Positions 12,664 to 25,980 of a DNA stretch of 64,000 bases are shown one piece after another (position 1 is the stretch's first letter; each line of letters begins with the position of its first letter). This DNA is from Fistulifera solaris (Eukaryota): the NCBI GenBank assembly GCA_030295235.1, contig AP026132.1:682001-746000 (forward strand). Reading direction: 5' to 3'. The position numbers and the translations under genes are program-made. The notes beneath the pieces were generated by a model that was not told where the DNA came from, ran no database searches, and saw only the letters and a program-made list of their open reading frames with translations.

Positions 12664-12982
12664 CGAGTAAAAACCACTAATATCAAGCTTGAAGAAGCGC
12701 GCACCTTGCCAGTACAGTAGCTGGTTTTGAGGAGCGGAGGAGTCGAAGCTGATAGGCCAAACAAAAGAGAAACTCTTTAATGGTTAATAGATATGAGAGT
12801 TACCCTTTCCTCTAGTATCTAGCTATGTTAACGACAATCAATCACAAAAGAGACAACGGTCCGATTGCTAGGTAACTGATGATAAATCACTAAATCAACT
12901 CAAGTATTCCCCACGCTCTCTCCCTTTTGCATTGCTGTTAAAATTCCGCAGCAAGAGCGAACCACGCGGAGATTTTATCAGT

Positions 12983-13599
12983 TTACCGCCGCTTCGGAGG
13001 CCCACCTCGAGTCACTCCCGCCGCTCCCGTTTTGACAGCCGTGGTACCCGTGCCCGTCGCTCCCGTCTTGGGTGGAGCAGTCGACTTACCCGGACGCGGT
13101 AACTTGACCCCGAGCTGTCGTTCTAGTTTACTAATGATCTGACCATTGGGAATCGCTTTGCCGCTCTCGTATTCAGCTACCACCTGGGGCTTTTCATTGA
13201 TGGCAGTGGCTAGTTCTTTCTGTGTCATCTTTTTCGCCGTTCGTGCCTGCAAAAAATGTAAAATCAAGTGAGACAAGGCATTCATTCATTCGAGCCCGAT
13301 GAGTCATCTAATCCAACACGAACCTGCATAATCGCCTTACTCAAACTCTTATCCACTTTCGCCAAGGTACCGACATCGTCCGCTTCTTCCAACTTCCGAA
13401 CCGACAAGGCCGTCGCCGAATGTGCACTCTTGTTTCCTCCCGCGCCGTGACGCTTTTCGGTCGTCAAAACGCCGGCCGCTTTGAGCATGCTGACTTCTCG
13501 CGCATTCTTGGGAGCCGCCGGTCGTGCGCCCATTAAACCACCGCGTCCGGCGTTGACGGGTGCCCAGTCCTGACCGGATTCAACTCCTCGTACTGGCAT
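12983..13599 (-). CDS. MBF1: Multiprotein bridging factor 1
   Basis: [51 protein letters not shown]. Intron 13247-13323. Confidence 0.95.
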
Positions 13600-14257
13600 T
13601 ATTTCAACAGATAATAGTATTAAAAAAGATAATAATTGACTAGCTGAATTTGCTGAAGATTGAAGCTGTTTGTTTTGACCGTTTGGCGTTATGTGCGGTC
13701 ATGTTTTTATTAGTCTATACGCAGCGACTTCTTCGCTCTTCGACAGTGATCTGCGCGACTGGATATTCCGTAACGACGGACAGTCGCTGCACAAAATAGA
13801 CACAAAGTGTATACAGTTTTAAAAATTTACCACGACTGTATCTCAGTCACGAACCATTTGATTCCATGACTTATTGCTGCTCGACTTTGGTTCCTTTCGC
13901 AACACTGGTAAACCTCGACTGGTCTTTACTATGATTCTATTGCAAAGAACAATTCGGACCGTACCAGGTAATTAAGGACGTATAAAATTTTATACTTCCT
14001 TAACCGTAATCCTACCAATCAACTATAGCCCAAAGTGTAGATTACTTTTTATCATGACTAATAAAATTAATCGCTGTCCCGTGTATGACGTAACAAATAC
14101 AAACTGACAAACTGAACATATAGGCCGTATCAAAGCGGAATAAACGACAATGGCCGAATGGCACTTACCTGGTATCGTCTCTCTTCAAATAGAGTGCTCA
14201 ACACTCATCTTTGATTTTTTTAATAAAAGGGTAGCTTCACCTTATTTAGGATCTTGA

Positions 14258-15106
14258 ATGCGGTGCTTCAAGACGAAAATGTGGAGCAGTCGTGATCTCC
14301 TGTATTGTGCTCTGCTCATTTGCATCCTCCCACCATTTTCATTGGCTGCCAGTCCCTACAATGCCTATCAATACGACATGACCGACGCCCAATTTACACC
14401 GGATGGACGTCTCTTACAGGTCGAATACGCTTCCGCCGCCGCGGATCATTCGTCTCCGGTCGTCGTGCAACCCCTCGATTCCGATCTTTGCCTGGTTTGT
14501 ACGACCCACCGGGCTGGTGTTTACACGGAACGTCTCGTACTGATTCCGACGGGCAGTTGGACCACGAAACAGCCACCGGTCGTCGTTGCATTGTCGGGAA
14601 TTTTGGCCGATAATATGGCATTACTGGAAGTACTGCAAGAAAAACGGTGGGAACAAATGCAACTGTACGAAACGCCCTTGTCGGCACAGCAAGTGGCGCA
14701 AGCGATGGCGGATGAATGTCAAAAGAAGGCCTTTGGTGGGGGCATACGACCCTTTGGGGCGACCTTGCTCGTGTGTGGTATGGATGGAGTGTATCAGACC
14801 GATCCGTCCGGGGGGATTTTAGAAACATCGTACGACAATTTATTACGACAAGAAAGTCAAAAGTCCGTTGTGGTGGGTGGGGCCGCCAACAGTGTACGGT
14901 CATTGAAGCGACAACTTGCTGCTGTTTTGACAAATGATAATATTCGAAAGCAAATCATGGAGATATTATCGTTGCTACGTAGTGAGCAAAAGAATCGACT
15001 TCCAGACAAGGACGAAATGGAACTCGAAGCGGTTTTGATTTCGAAAAGTAGAGGCGTTTTGAAGTTGACGGCAGAGCAAATTGAGAATTTTGGAAAGGAA
15101 CAGTGA
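14258..15106 (+). CDS. Divergent 20S proteasome alpha-type subunit with N-terminal signal peptide (periplastid-type candidate)
   Basis: YDMTDAQFTPDGRLLQVEYA, GGIRPFGATLL and YQTDPSG, preceded by hydrophobic LLYCALLICILPPFSLA. Start may be at 14279. Confidence 0.82.
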   Translation: MRCFKTKMWSSRDLLYCALLICILPPFSLAASPYNAYQYDMTDAQFTPDGRLLQVEYASAAADHSSPVVVQPLDSDLCLVCTTHRAGVYTERLVLIPTGSWTTKQPPVVVALSGILADNMALLEVLQEKRWEQMQLYETPLSAQQVAQAMADECQKKAFGGGIRPFGATLLVCGMDGVYQTDPSGGILETSYDNLLRQESQKSVVVGGAANSVRSLKRQLAAVLTNDNIRKQIMEILSLLRSEQKNRLPDKDEMELEAVLISKSRGVLKLTAEQIENFGKEQ

Positions 15107-16900
15107 CGAACTAAGAAATACCTTGGCGTTTAGTCTCGAGTCGCAGCACGCGCTGCGGAAACCGTCGCGACGAAGCTGAAAGACGAACAAATCCGGCTAG
15201 GAATGCGCTTAGTTAGACGGAGAAACGGTTGCTCATATCATGGGCTGCGAATTTTAACGATATCATTAATGTGGATTCAAGTGACTTTAGCTACCTACAG
15301 AGTACTCACAATTAACTATTTACAAGCGAATGGTGCATATCGGTTTCAAATAAGTCCAAGTCGATTTTTTTTTTTTTGGAACACTGCTACCACAGGCGAA
15401 GAAGTTTTTGCATCTCAAAAGCATTTCAATGTCCATGGTTGGCTCGCAAACAAGCGTCGCAAAGATTTTATGTGCTACCGTTTCGTTAGAAGGTTCATCT
15501 ATCTTGGATCAACTTTAGTCACAAAACTTTATGTTTAACGAGGCACGAAGAGCGAGGAGTATCCTAACAAAAGAGTCAAGAGCGAAGAGGATGATCGTTC
15601 AACGTTGCTGAAACCTGAAACCTCGAACACCCAGGAACCTGGAACACCAAACCAAGAACCACTTCATTGAGATGCGTCATGTGTCATGTTTCATGTTCCT
15701 TCGCAATTGCAAATGAGGTTGTACTGTTGTATTTGTTATTTATTAGTTGTTTCTTCGATCTTCAACAAGGCCTTTTATTCTCCTATTGAACTTCAACATC
15801 AGTTTTTATCGAATACAGTATCGATTCATGATGTGGCTTGTGGCATGGCATGTGGCGCATGATGCAGAATGCTGACTCGGTGTATGGGATTTGGATTTAG
15901 GATTTAGGATACCAGTACAATAATAATGACGACGACTCAAACTGCAGGACAAAGGACAAAATGCAAAATGGCAAAGCAGAAAGCAGAAGAGGAGTCAATC
16001 AGAAAATGAACATGTAACATGTGACATGTTTCGTGATGAATGATGAATGATGAATGATGCATGATGCATGATGTAATTGCACCAAGCAGCAACACCCACC
16101 ACCCACCACCGAAAACGCAAACGCAAACAGTCCATTTTAATGTAGCCCGTAGCCCTTGCCCTCAGCAGATGTTGAAGTTGCAATCCCGTTTTTCCGTTTC
16201 TACTTTTTACGACAGTAGATCTTTTCGAGACAAGGAGCGACGAACGACGAAGAAACAAGAAAAATGAGGCAGAAGGCAGAAGGCTCAATGAAGAAGGAAG
16301 AATTATTGACAACGCTAAGCTTTGAAGTTCGATGATGTCCATGACCGCTGACGCCTAAACTTACTCATTGGTGTGAAAGGCCTCAATGACACTGATTAAG
16401 GTTAATGGTTTACGGTACTGGAATAACCTAAGTTGTTTCTAATGTTGCCACGTCTGCATAGCAAGAAAACATACTGCACACTGGCCTTAACAGTACTTCC
16501 CGGTTTTAAGCATTTTTTACACTTCACCGCTGACCGCTGACCGCACGCAATACTGTATACCCTATACTGTGCTTCATGGCTGTTACAAAAAATTAAGAGT
16601 AGAAAAAAGAAACTGCAAGGCCCTGCCGAATACAAATGACTGTTTCTACGTGCAATCGCGCGAATGCAATTTCTCCGTAGTACACCAGCGCCGTATACTT
16701 ATTAGGACGGAACAATCCCGATTTCGAAGTAAGGCCTCGAGAAAATTTCCTCCGATGGAACGTTGTTCGCGGTTGGCGCAATTCCACCTCGGCCAACGAC
16801 CAACGAAAAGGGCACAATTACTCTCACAACTCACAATCTCAACATCTCAACAACTAACTTTACGACTTCCTCACCCATTCAAAATCGACCACCAAACAGC

Positions 16901-17633
16901 ATGGAAATGGAAATGCAACGCTATATTGATTCGCTGATTAAAATAAACAATGACGCAATTGAGCTAATGCAGAATGCTAACTTCGAACAGAGCATTTATG
17001 CACTTCACGACGGACTTCAGTTATTACACTCCGTGCAACACGCACCATGGATGTTAAACGCAACAAGGAAAGGTCCACAAACAAGCTCATTCGGAAGCGA
17101 AGTTGTATTACTAAGCGTTGAACTCAACAACGGTACATCTGACATGGAGGATGACATTGTTGTCTTTTTTCAATCGGGCCTTAAAAATTGACGACGGCTT
17201 CTCTTCTATCGTCAAGGATAGTCCTGCATACGCCGAATCAAATTCTTTCTTACTTGGCGTATTGCTCTACAACTTGGGACTTGCGCATCATCTTTTGGGC
17301 ATCAAACGGGGTAATTCAGAACTCTATGACAAAGCGCTCGACTTTTATTCGCTATCACATGGGAGTTTCACGGACCAGTTGTATCCCTTCGGCTATCCTA
17401 CCAATTCCTTACATGTTGGTATATTGGCCATAACGAATAATGTTGGACACATTCATGCTTACTTCCGCCGATCAAGAGAAGTTCAAATCTGCATTGACGA
17501 ACTCATCCTTCGGTTAAGTCAGTACTCGCGTCGAAACAATCAAATACCGGAGTTCAATGGAGAACAAAAAGTATTCTTGATCAATGCATCGTTCTACCAA
17601 GAAATGGCTTTAAATGCCGCGCCCGCTGCCTGA
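16901..17633 (+). CDS. Uncharacterised helical (TPR-like) protein
   Basis: LLYNLGLAHH, ITNNVGHIH and C-terminal AAPAA. Two ORFs join at a T-run near 17170. Confidence 0.65.
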
Positions 17634-17765
17634 GCATTCGTTCAATACATCTCTGTCTTCATAACAAAACTGGCGAATGTTTGGAAGAAAGCTTACTTGC
17701 CATGCTTGTATATATATAATGACGTAATAAACTAGCTGTTTCCTTTGTTTGTTCATCAAACGGAA

Positions 17766-20199
17766 TTACGGAATAGTTTTACTTTCGTCGGAAGTCTCAG
17801 GAAGTTCGATCCCATCAGGTACAGACCCACGACTCCTTGCATTACTCATGCGATCACGGATTCGCTGATATCGCGCTTCCTCTTTTTTGGTGACGGACGG
17901 CATGACCGAGTTGAAAGCAATGTCGAAATGTCTAGCACAAATCTGCAGACTCCTCTCATCCTGGAGAGAATCGTCCAATGCTGTGTCTTCTTTCAATACT
18001 GCCAATCCTGCCTCGCGTAACAGCGCTGCACAATCGGCACCACTATAACCATTCGCTCTTGTACTCATTCCTATTACCTCAAAGTCCACATCGTCCGCTA
18101 ATGCAATGTTAGAAGATAACGCTTTCAGGATCGAGACTCTATCTTCTGGTGTCGGCAAGGGCACGTAGAGTAATTTATCGAGTCGACCAGGTCGCAGCAT
18201 GGCTGGATCAATCAACTCTGGTCGGTTTGTGGCAGCGATAATAAACACACTCCGCCTAGCGTCCAAGCCGTCCATTTCAGTTAACAGTTGATTGACAACC
18301 CTTTCGCTAACGCCACCTCCTCCACCTCCGTCACTGCCTCGTTTCGGAACTAGCGAGTCCAGTTCGTCGAAGAAAACAACGCAAGGACTCGAACACCGTG
18401 CTCTCTCAAATACCGTGCGAACTGCACGCTCGCTCTCTCCGACGTACTTGTCCAAAAGCTCTGGACCTTTCACACTAATAAAGTTGGCACCACTTTCATG
18501 CGCGATAGCTTTCGCGAGGAGCGTTTTTCCACAACCGGGCGGGCCGTAAAGTAAAATACCCGCAGGTAGCGACAGCCCCAGTCTTTGGAACTTTTCCGGA
18601 TTTCGAATCGGTTCTAAAACAGAAATAGCAAGTTCTTCTCGAATACTTTCCAGAGCGCCAACGTCCTCCCAGTCCACGTCAGGAACCATCGCAAATCCTT
18701 CTCTTTTACTAGACGGCTGCACAAGCGGGATTGCTGTCAAGAAGTCCTCCATAGTTACGAACAAAGGCTCCATTTGTGCCGGCGTAAGCGGAGTCACCGG
18801 ACTCAGTCCACTTTCTGTGTATGTTATCGACGTTGGACTTGCTTCGTCTACGCTCATAAGATCATGCCCTTTCAGCACATTAGAAAATATCCGGTTGATT
18901 GCAATAACAGCAGCTTCCTTGGCCAAACTCCGTATATCTGCTCCGACAAAACCAGGCGTTTTCCGTGCAAGTACTTTGTAATCGAAATCACCAGCCAAAC
19001 GCATATCTTTGGTCATTGTCGTAATGATTTTCTCACGAGCCTCTTCGTCAGGAATGCCCATGAGAATTTCCTTATCGAATCGTCCCGCCCGACGCAGTGC
19101 AGGATCCATAGCATCCGGACGATTGGTTGCCGCAAGCACAATAACAGCGGCGTTATCTCGGTTGTTTTCGGGAGATAACATATCCATACAGGTCAAAAGC
19201 TGCGCCACCATTCTCTTTTCCATGCCTCTGGAACTTCCCCCTTCACTTCGTTTGGGAGCAATGGCATCGAGTTCGTCCATAAAAATGATGGAAGGAGCCA
19301 AACTTGATGCTGTTTTGAACAAATTTCGAATTCTTCCTTCCGACTCACCAGACATCCCGGTTACTAATTCAGGTGCAGACACACGAAAGAAAGTAACGTT
19401 AAGTTGGCCAGCAACTGAAGATAGCAAGTGAGAATACATACAGTTTTTTATTGTATACGAACAGAGTAACAATAATCGTACCAGCATTGGCCAAAGCGGA
19501 TTTGCCAGTTCCAGGCGGTCCGCGTAATAAAACTCCTCGAGGTGGTTCAATACCAAGATGACGATAAAGTTCCGGTCGCACCAAGGGATATTCCACCAGC
19601 TGCCTTATTTCGCGGATAATCTCATCCATACCTCCAAGATCCGAATATCGTTCCGTGGGTCTCGGAACCGGCGTAAGAAAAGCTGTGTCGTCATCTCCGC
19701 TAGGCGTAACGCCGACCGAAGACTTTCGTATGATCTTGCGACGTTTGATTTTCGGCGATTTCTTCTCCGACGCCGACTCTCCATGTTCGACAGGCATCTC
19801 ATTGCCGGCATCATCCAAAGATTTTTTTGCCGTTTCCGTTTCATTTTCTTTCGAAAGCTGGCGATACCGATTCCTCAAAGAGGCGTTCAATCCACCGCCC
19901 AAGCCGTGTTGTTCTCTCATGGCGTCATTCTCACGCGCTTCTTGTTCGAACTTGTCTTCCTCTTCCTCGATCGACTTTCGCTTCTTGCGAGCACTCGATT
20001 CCTCCGCGATTTGCTCCAGTAATATACTGACTTTGGCGACGAGCATCGGGACATCTTTGCGCTGATACTCGCGATACTTGTACCGTAGTTCCGTCACGAC
20101 GGCCTCGGCATCAGTGGCTTCCTCATCGCTACTTTGAATGATTTTTCGGACAAGATGGGACAGCTTGGGGTCGTTCTCGACCACAATTTTCTTTCCCAT
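17766..20199 (-). CDS. NVL: Double-AAA ATPase, NVL/Rix7 ribosome-biogenesis type
   Basis: Walker A motifs GPPGTGKS and GPPGCGKT; GMSGESEGRIR; VQPSSKREGF; basic/acidic N-domain. Intron 19415-19481. Confidence 0.9.
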
Positions 20200-20549
20200 G
20201 ATTCTTTGATTTTCACTTTTAATACAGAAGGCTTCCTTGATTCATTAATGAGACGAAAAGTGAAGAAGACGAAACAAAGAAATGCACTGTGTCGAAATTT
20301 TTGGTTGGTTATGCGACGAAAAACCGTCCAGCCCTACGATGTCTTACTGGTTTTCATTTGTATGGTATGGGCCAAGGAATAAATGGGCGTGTGTGTGACG
20401 TAACGAAATGTCCATGTCGCCCATGATTCCGTCACGCGTCTTCAGGATATGTTTTTAACCTTTACTTGTATTTAGTTTGAATAAAAATATGCTATCTAGT
20501 GTTAGCAGCATTGTTCTGTATCAATTTGTTCGAATTGAGCAACGAAAAA

Positions 20550-22068
20550 TCACGCCCAGTCCTGGTCGGCCTTAGTTTCATCTTCTTCCACTATTATTTC
20601 AGAAATACTTCTTAACCAGTCTTCAGCTCCATCATCACGGTCCATGTACGCCTCCATGGCTGTCGCGGCTGCCTCAGATTTCGTTTTTTCTCCGTTGACG
20701 GGTTCTATTGGGGTAAAGAGAGACCGTTTCTGCAATGACTCGGTCAACCCCAGATCCATCGGCGCCGACACGTTGAATGCCATGTTCGGGCCACTCTCTA
20801 CTACCGGTACGGGAGAACTCTTTACAGCAGTTTTATCGAACTCAGATGTAATCGATTCACGATCTTTCGAGCCTAAGGCAGAAGCGAAGCCCCACCAACG
20901 AGTGATATTCCCGCCAAACTGGCGAATGCCGTGGGCGAAATGGGTGCTTCCGCTGTATCTCGTTGTCGGGCCAGTAACTTTTGATTTTCTTTTTCTTCCA
21001 TAATCTTCCTTTTCCTTTCCTTTTCTTGGTACTTCTTATCAATAGCAATGCGTTCTTCTTCTAGCTTGACATCCTTGAGGCTGACAATGTCCCCGGTTTG
21101 CTTTCGCAAAATCGCCAATTGTTTTCGACCTTCCTCCAGCACATCAAGATACTCTGACATGTCTTCTTGCTTTGTCTTCCACAGCTCCAATACGGACTTC
21201 TTTGTAATATCCAATCGAATCTCCCCGGGCGAAAATTCCAGTTCATGAATTCTGTTATAGGGAATACCCGCAATCATCGCCGACAACAACGCCGGCCCCG
21301 TACCATCCGGAAAAATCAGCAATATGGTATCTCCCGAGTACTGCGACTCCAATATGGATAACAATTGCCGCAAACGAATCGCTTGATCACTCAACGTCTC
21401 GTGCGGTGTTCCGTCGATATTCGGTGGAGGCCGGGCCCCCACTCCCGACGGTCCCGCCTCATCATGGTCGAACGCCCAGACCGCCGCTTTGGTACTTTGC
21501 ATATCCAACATATCCCATCGTCCAATTGCACGAGGATCCAAAAGGTGAATTCCGGAATCAATCGATCTCGTCCCAGCTTGAGTTCTTGTCCAACCAAATT
21601 GCTCGTATCGATGCACGACGCCGCGAGACTGTATTTGATGACGGTCGGCAAATGATCCAGACTGGCCATTTTCTGACAGGCCGTTAAAACTTGTTCTTGA
21701 CCTTGGCGCGACAAGGCATCCTCCCGATTCGTCAAAAACAACGGATTGGTGCTCCAAATGTTGTCTTCTTCCAGTAAACTAATTCCGGCCCTCAGGAAAT
21801 GATATTTGTTCGCTAACTGTTCGCAGGGGAACTTGACCAGTCCCCGGGCCTGTGCCGGTAAGGAAAACAACATCAGAGGAAGAGAGCAAAGGAACTGACG
21901 CCGCGGTGCGCTGTCGCACTCTCCGTCGTCCTGAGAAAGCATTCTTGCACTCGTTCGACAAGATCTTTGGGTGTGCATTTGAGGTGTCACCCACGCCTTC
22001 AAACCCGGTGCATTGCAGCAGAGGAATAACAATAACACAAAACTCCTTCGTTTCATTCTATTATACAA
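20550..22068 (-). CDS. Plastid/thylakoid-targeted histidine-phosphatase (phosphoglycerate mutase)-like protein
   Basis: Signal peptide with LKA-W, then twin-Arg RRQFL...AQA. Motifs YHFLRAG, STNPLFLTN, IPEFTF/LDPRAIG, ESQYSGDTILLIFPD. Frameshifts at about 21542 and 20892 link three ORFs. Confidence 0.65.
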
Positions 22069-22651
22069 AATGAAAATTCAAGCAAACTTTGTTGAAGTTC
22101 TCGTTGTAGAAGAAAGTGATGGCTATGTTTCCTTTCGAACTTTTTTGTTTGCGTTCTTTCTGGATCTTTTGCCCGCGCGCAAAAAGCATGCACGAGAACA
22201 TCACGCGCCGTAAAAATGCACGTACTATGAGTATGCTGTACATAGTAGTTCTCTTGTGGCGCATCGGTTCCCCTTCAAGAATAAGTCAACATCAAAGGGT
22301 ACCTGGTACCTGGTAGAGTAGAAACCGTCATACGTCACGAACCGCTGACAGCCCCTCGACGAAGGACGGACGAGCGTGGACGGTATCGTTATGCGTTCGT
22401 CTCTCTGCGTTTTTTTCGCTCAAGGTCATCCGCGGTCTGCGGTCTTTTTTACAACAACGGGCGTGATTTGTGTTTGGTTCATGTGTTGCTATGCTACCTA
22501 AATAGGAAAGCAGCATAAAAGGTGAAAGAGAAAGATACCGTCACACCACTTCTCCCTTTACTAAATCGAAGGTATCGCATAAAAAGCGAGGGACAGCGAG
22601 TGAGAGTTGCAATTAAAAGAACACAAAATTTCGAACGCACCGAAACCCACC

Positions 22652-23983
22652 ATGGCCGACGATCAAAAAGTCCTCAAAAAGCGCCTCAAGGTGCTCATGT
22701 CGCTTCCGGAAAATCAAGTTTGTTCCGATTGCCCGGAACGTCAGCCTCGTTGGGCGTCGCTCATTGTTCCTCCTCCGGGAGCTCCCCCCGGATCCCTTCC
22801 GATCGGCGCGTTTTGCTGTCTCGAATGCAGCGGATCGCACCGGCGGCTCGGTGTTCACATTTCCTTTGTAAGATCCATCAATCTGGATTCTTGTACGTAC
22901 TCTAGTCTTGTATCGACCAAAGGTACTCGTTTGTATGTTTCTCACTGACTCCGTTTTCCTTCTATTTCTTTAACAGGGAAAGAAAAGGAAGTTCTTGCTA
23001 TGGAAAATGGCGGAAACTTAAAAGTCAACGCGATTTTTGAAGCAAATCTAGCTCGATCGGGTGTGCAAAAACCGTCGAATCATGCCGATGGGCCGACTCG
23101 AGAACGGTTCATTCGAGACAAGTACGAACGCCGCAAGTTTTATGACCCCGCTTCCTTTGCCAACTTGCCGGCTCCTTCATCGAGTGCGCCAACAGTCCAA
23201 CCAGCACAAGGGACGGAAGTGGGTCCACCGTCCGATGCCGCTCGGCAACGCATGGAGCAACGTCGTTTGCGAAAAATTCAGTCGGCACCGGCGACGGAAG
23301 AAGCGCGCCAACCTCCCAAACCCACACGCAGCAGTTCGACGGACCGCCCTCGGTCGCGCACTCCTCCCCGACTCAACGCCACTAAGCCGGGTCCACGACG
23401 AACGACACGCCGACAGTCTTCGGAGGAATCGCTCGAAAAGGAAATGGATTTGTTGGATTTGAACTTTGTGGCTGCCCCCGCCGCCGAAACCAAGCCAGAA
23501 TCATCGTCTCATGATCTCTTCAACTTCTTGGTCGTTCAGGACCCGGCACAGCCTAAGCAGCAGCCTCCGAAGTCTTCGACTCTCGATATCATGTCGCTCT
23601 ACGGTAATAACAACAATAACGAGTACCAGCGCCAGAATTCGTTGTCGAGTTTCGGCAATTTGACGGTCAGCAATATCATGGAGGATCCGAACAATAGCAG
23701 TGGATACACGGCTCAGCAAATGCAACAAATGAATATGCGACCGATGCCGAACATGCAGCAACAAATGATGATGATGCAGCAGCAACAGCAAATGATGATG
23801 ATGCAACAACAGCAACGCATGATGATGGGAAATAACAACATGATGATGATGCCGAATAACGCAACGAATGGTTTTGGTGCTCCTATGGGTAGTGGACCTC
23901 CTTCATTTCAAGGACAAACTGTCAACAAAGCACCCGAGAAGGAAGATCCTTTTGCCCAATTCGGTGTCAATCATTTCCGATAA
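22652..23983 (+). CDS. ArfGAP-domain protein (SMAP/AGD5-like) with Q/M-rich tail
   Basis: [42 protein letters not shown]. Intron 22893-22976. Confidence 0.92.
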
Positions 23984-24515
23984 ATTGATAAACTATAAGA
24001 GCAGCTGATCCAATTTTAGTTCCAGATGTATGTATGTCTAGATCTAGACATCGCCCGTCGCTATCGAGGAAGTATAGCTTTCGTGGTCGCTCTATCGCTT
24101 TCTCAGCTCCTCAGAAAGTTTGGATGATTCAGCTGGCAACGACTTGTTGTAAGTTGGGTATTAATATGCTTGTAGGCGTCAATAGTCATGTTGTAATCCG
24201 TTTAACACACTTTTGCAATTTCATTCTCTATAGAGGTCTTCTCATTGATTGAGTATAGTCATCCCTAGCTCGAGAGCCGACATCACCCGGTATGAAAATA
24301 CAAAGAGCATCGATGTGCGGTTCCTATAGCAGCTGCCGTCTGGCAGACGGACCATTGAATTTTTTTCCCCTCTTCTTTATTTTCGGCGGCGCATTTTCTT
24401 TTTTCTTCCCTCCATTCGAGAGAAAAGAGACGTCTATAGCATAACAATCATTCAAAGTTTCAAGGCTGCTTGCTGAACCTCTTTTTTCTTCATTTTTGAT
24501 TTGTGAATTAAAGCC

Positions 24516-25819
24516 ATGTTCTTTGGCGGCGACCCTTTTGAGCATTTTGCACACCATGGCGGCGGAGGGTCTCACCGAGGTCCTCGCCGGGATGTCGATA
24601 CTACGAAACTTTACGAGACTCTTGGGGTACGTTTCCGTGCGGCGCACACAGCGTTGTTGCTGACCTATGAGCAAAGCTAAATAATTGTTCGTCTTCCACT
24701 TTTTCAGGTAGAGAAAACAGCCACACAGCCAGAAATCAAAAAAGCCTACCGCAAGCTGGCGGTGAAACATCATCCCGATAAAGGCGGAGACGAACACAAG
24801 TTTAAAGAAATCAATGCCGCGTACGAAATATTAAGTGACGAAGAAAAGAGAGCGAAATACGATCGCCACGGCCTCGAAGGAATCGACGATCACGGCGGAG
24901 GAGACGGAGGTGCCGATATTTTGATCTGTTCTTTGGTGGAGGTCGTCAGGCTTCGCGGGGTCCCCGTCGCAGCGAAGATGTCAATCACGCCATCAAAGTC
25001 ACACTGGAAGATCTATATAATGGAAAAACCGTCAAGCTCGCCATCAATCGCGAGGTACTCGTCGGCAAGCCCAAAATGTGTCGACAGTGTGACGGACGGG
25101 GCATGAGAATGGAACTTCGCCAAATTGGCCTCGGAATGGTGCAACAAATCCAACGGCACTGCGCGTCGTGCCGGGGTGAAGGCTATCAGTGCGAGAAGAA
25201 GCGAGAGCGTAAAATTGTCGAAGTGCACGTTGAAAAAGGCATGCGACACAAGGATAAAATCACCTTTCGCGGCATGTCGGATGAAAAGCCCAATATGCAA
25301 CCGGGCGATGTGCACTTTGTTGTGCATGAAAAGGAACATGATGTTTTTAAGCGGAAAGGAGCTGATCTTTTGATCACAAAGAATCTAAGTTTGAAGGAGG
25401 CCCTGACAGGTTTCGCATGGAGGATCAAACATCTGGATGGGAGATCCTTGATTGTTGCATCGAAGCCTGGCGAAGTTATTCGAGCCAATGCGGCAAATGA
25501 AAAGCCATATGTCAAGATTGTGCCGAACGAGGGCATGCCGAGTCGAGGAAACCCATTTGTCAAGGGTAATCTTTACGTCCTTTTCACGGTCAAGTTCCCA
25601 GAAGACGGAGAACTCTCGGCTGCGGCTTTAGACAGTTTGCGCGCACACTTGCCCGGTCCTTCGTCGATGGATATGGAAGCTCAAGAGGAAGAAGAGGAAG
25701 TACATTTGGAGGTAGCGAACATTGCAAACTTTGGACGCGGTGGCGCTCAAACGCAGGAGTCAGCCTACGACTCGGATAGCGATGAGGGTCCCCAGGCAGT
25801 AAACTGTCAGCAATCCTAA
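24516..25819 (+). CDS. Cytosolic DnaJ/Hsp40 (DNAJA/Ydj1-like) with CaaX box
   Basis: J-domain HPDKGGD, CxxCxGxG repeats, C-terminal CQQS. Intron 24627-24707. Frameshift at about 24920. Confidence 0.93.
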
Positions 25820-25980
25820 ATACTTTGTAAGGACAATGAGAAAAGGTTTTGTTCACTTTTGAAAATATTTTGCAATGCCCTATCGTATGTCGCTTGTTAT
25901 CATTGGAGCCTTGCCTCGACGCTGTAAACTTTGCCTATAGCCGCTTTTAATACAGACCTTATTTATTTGTTGTGTCTAGC

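Noticed and set aside
15880..15912. GGATTT/GGATTTA repeats as an interstitial telomere
   Set aside because: Only about four imperfect units, and not TTAGGG.
23700..23860. ATG/CAG-rich repeat
   Set aside because: It is the coding Q/M low-complexity tail of the ArfGAP.
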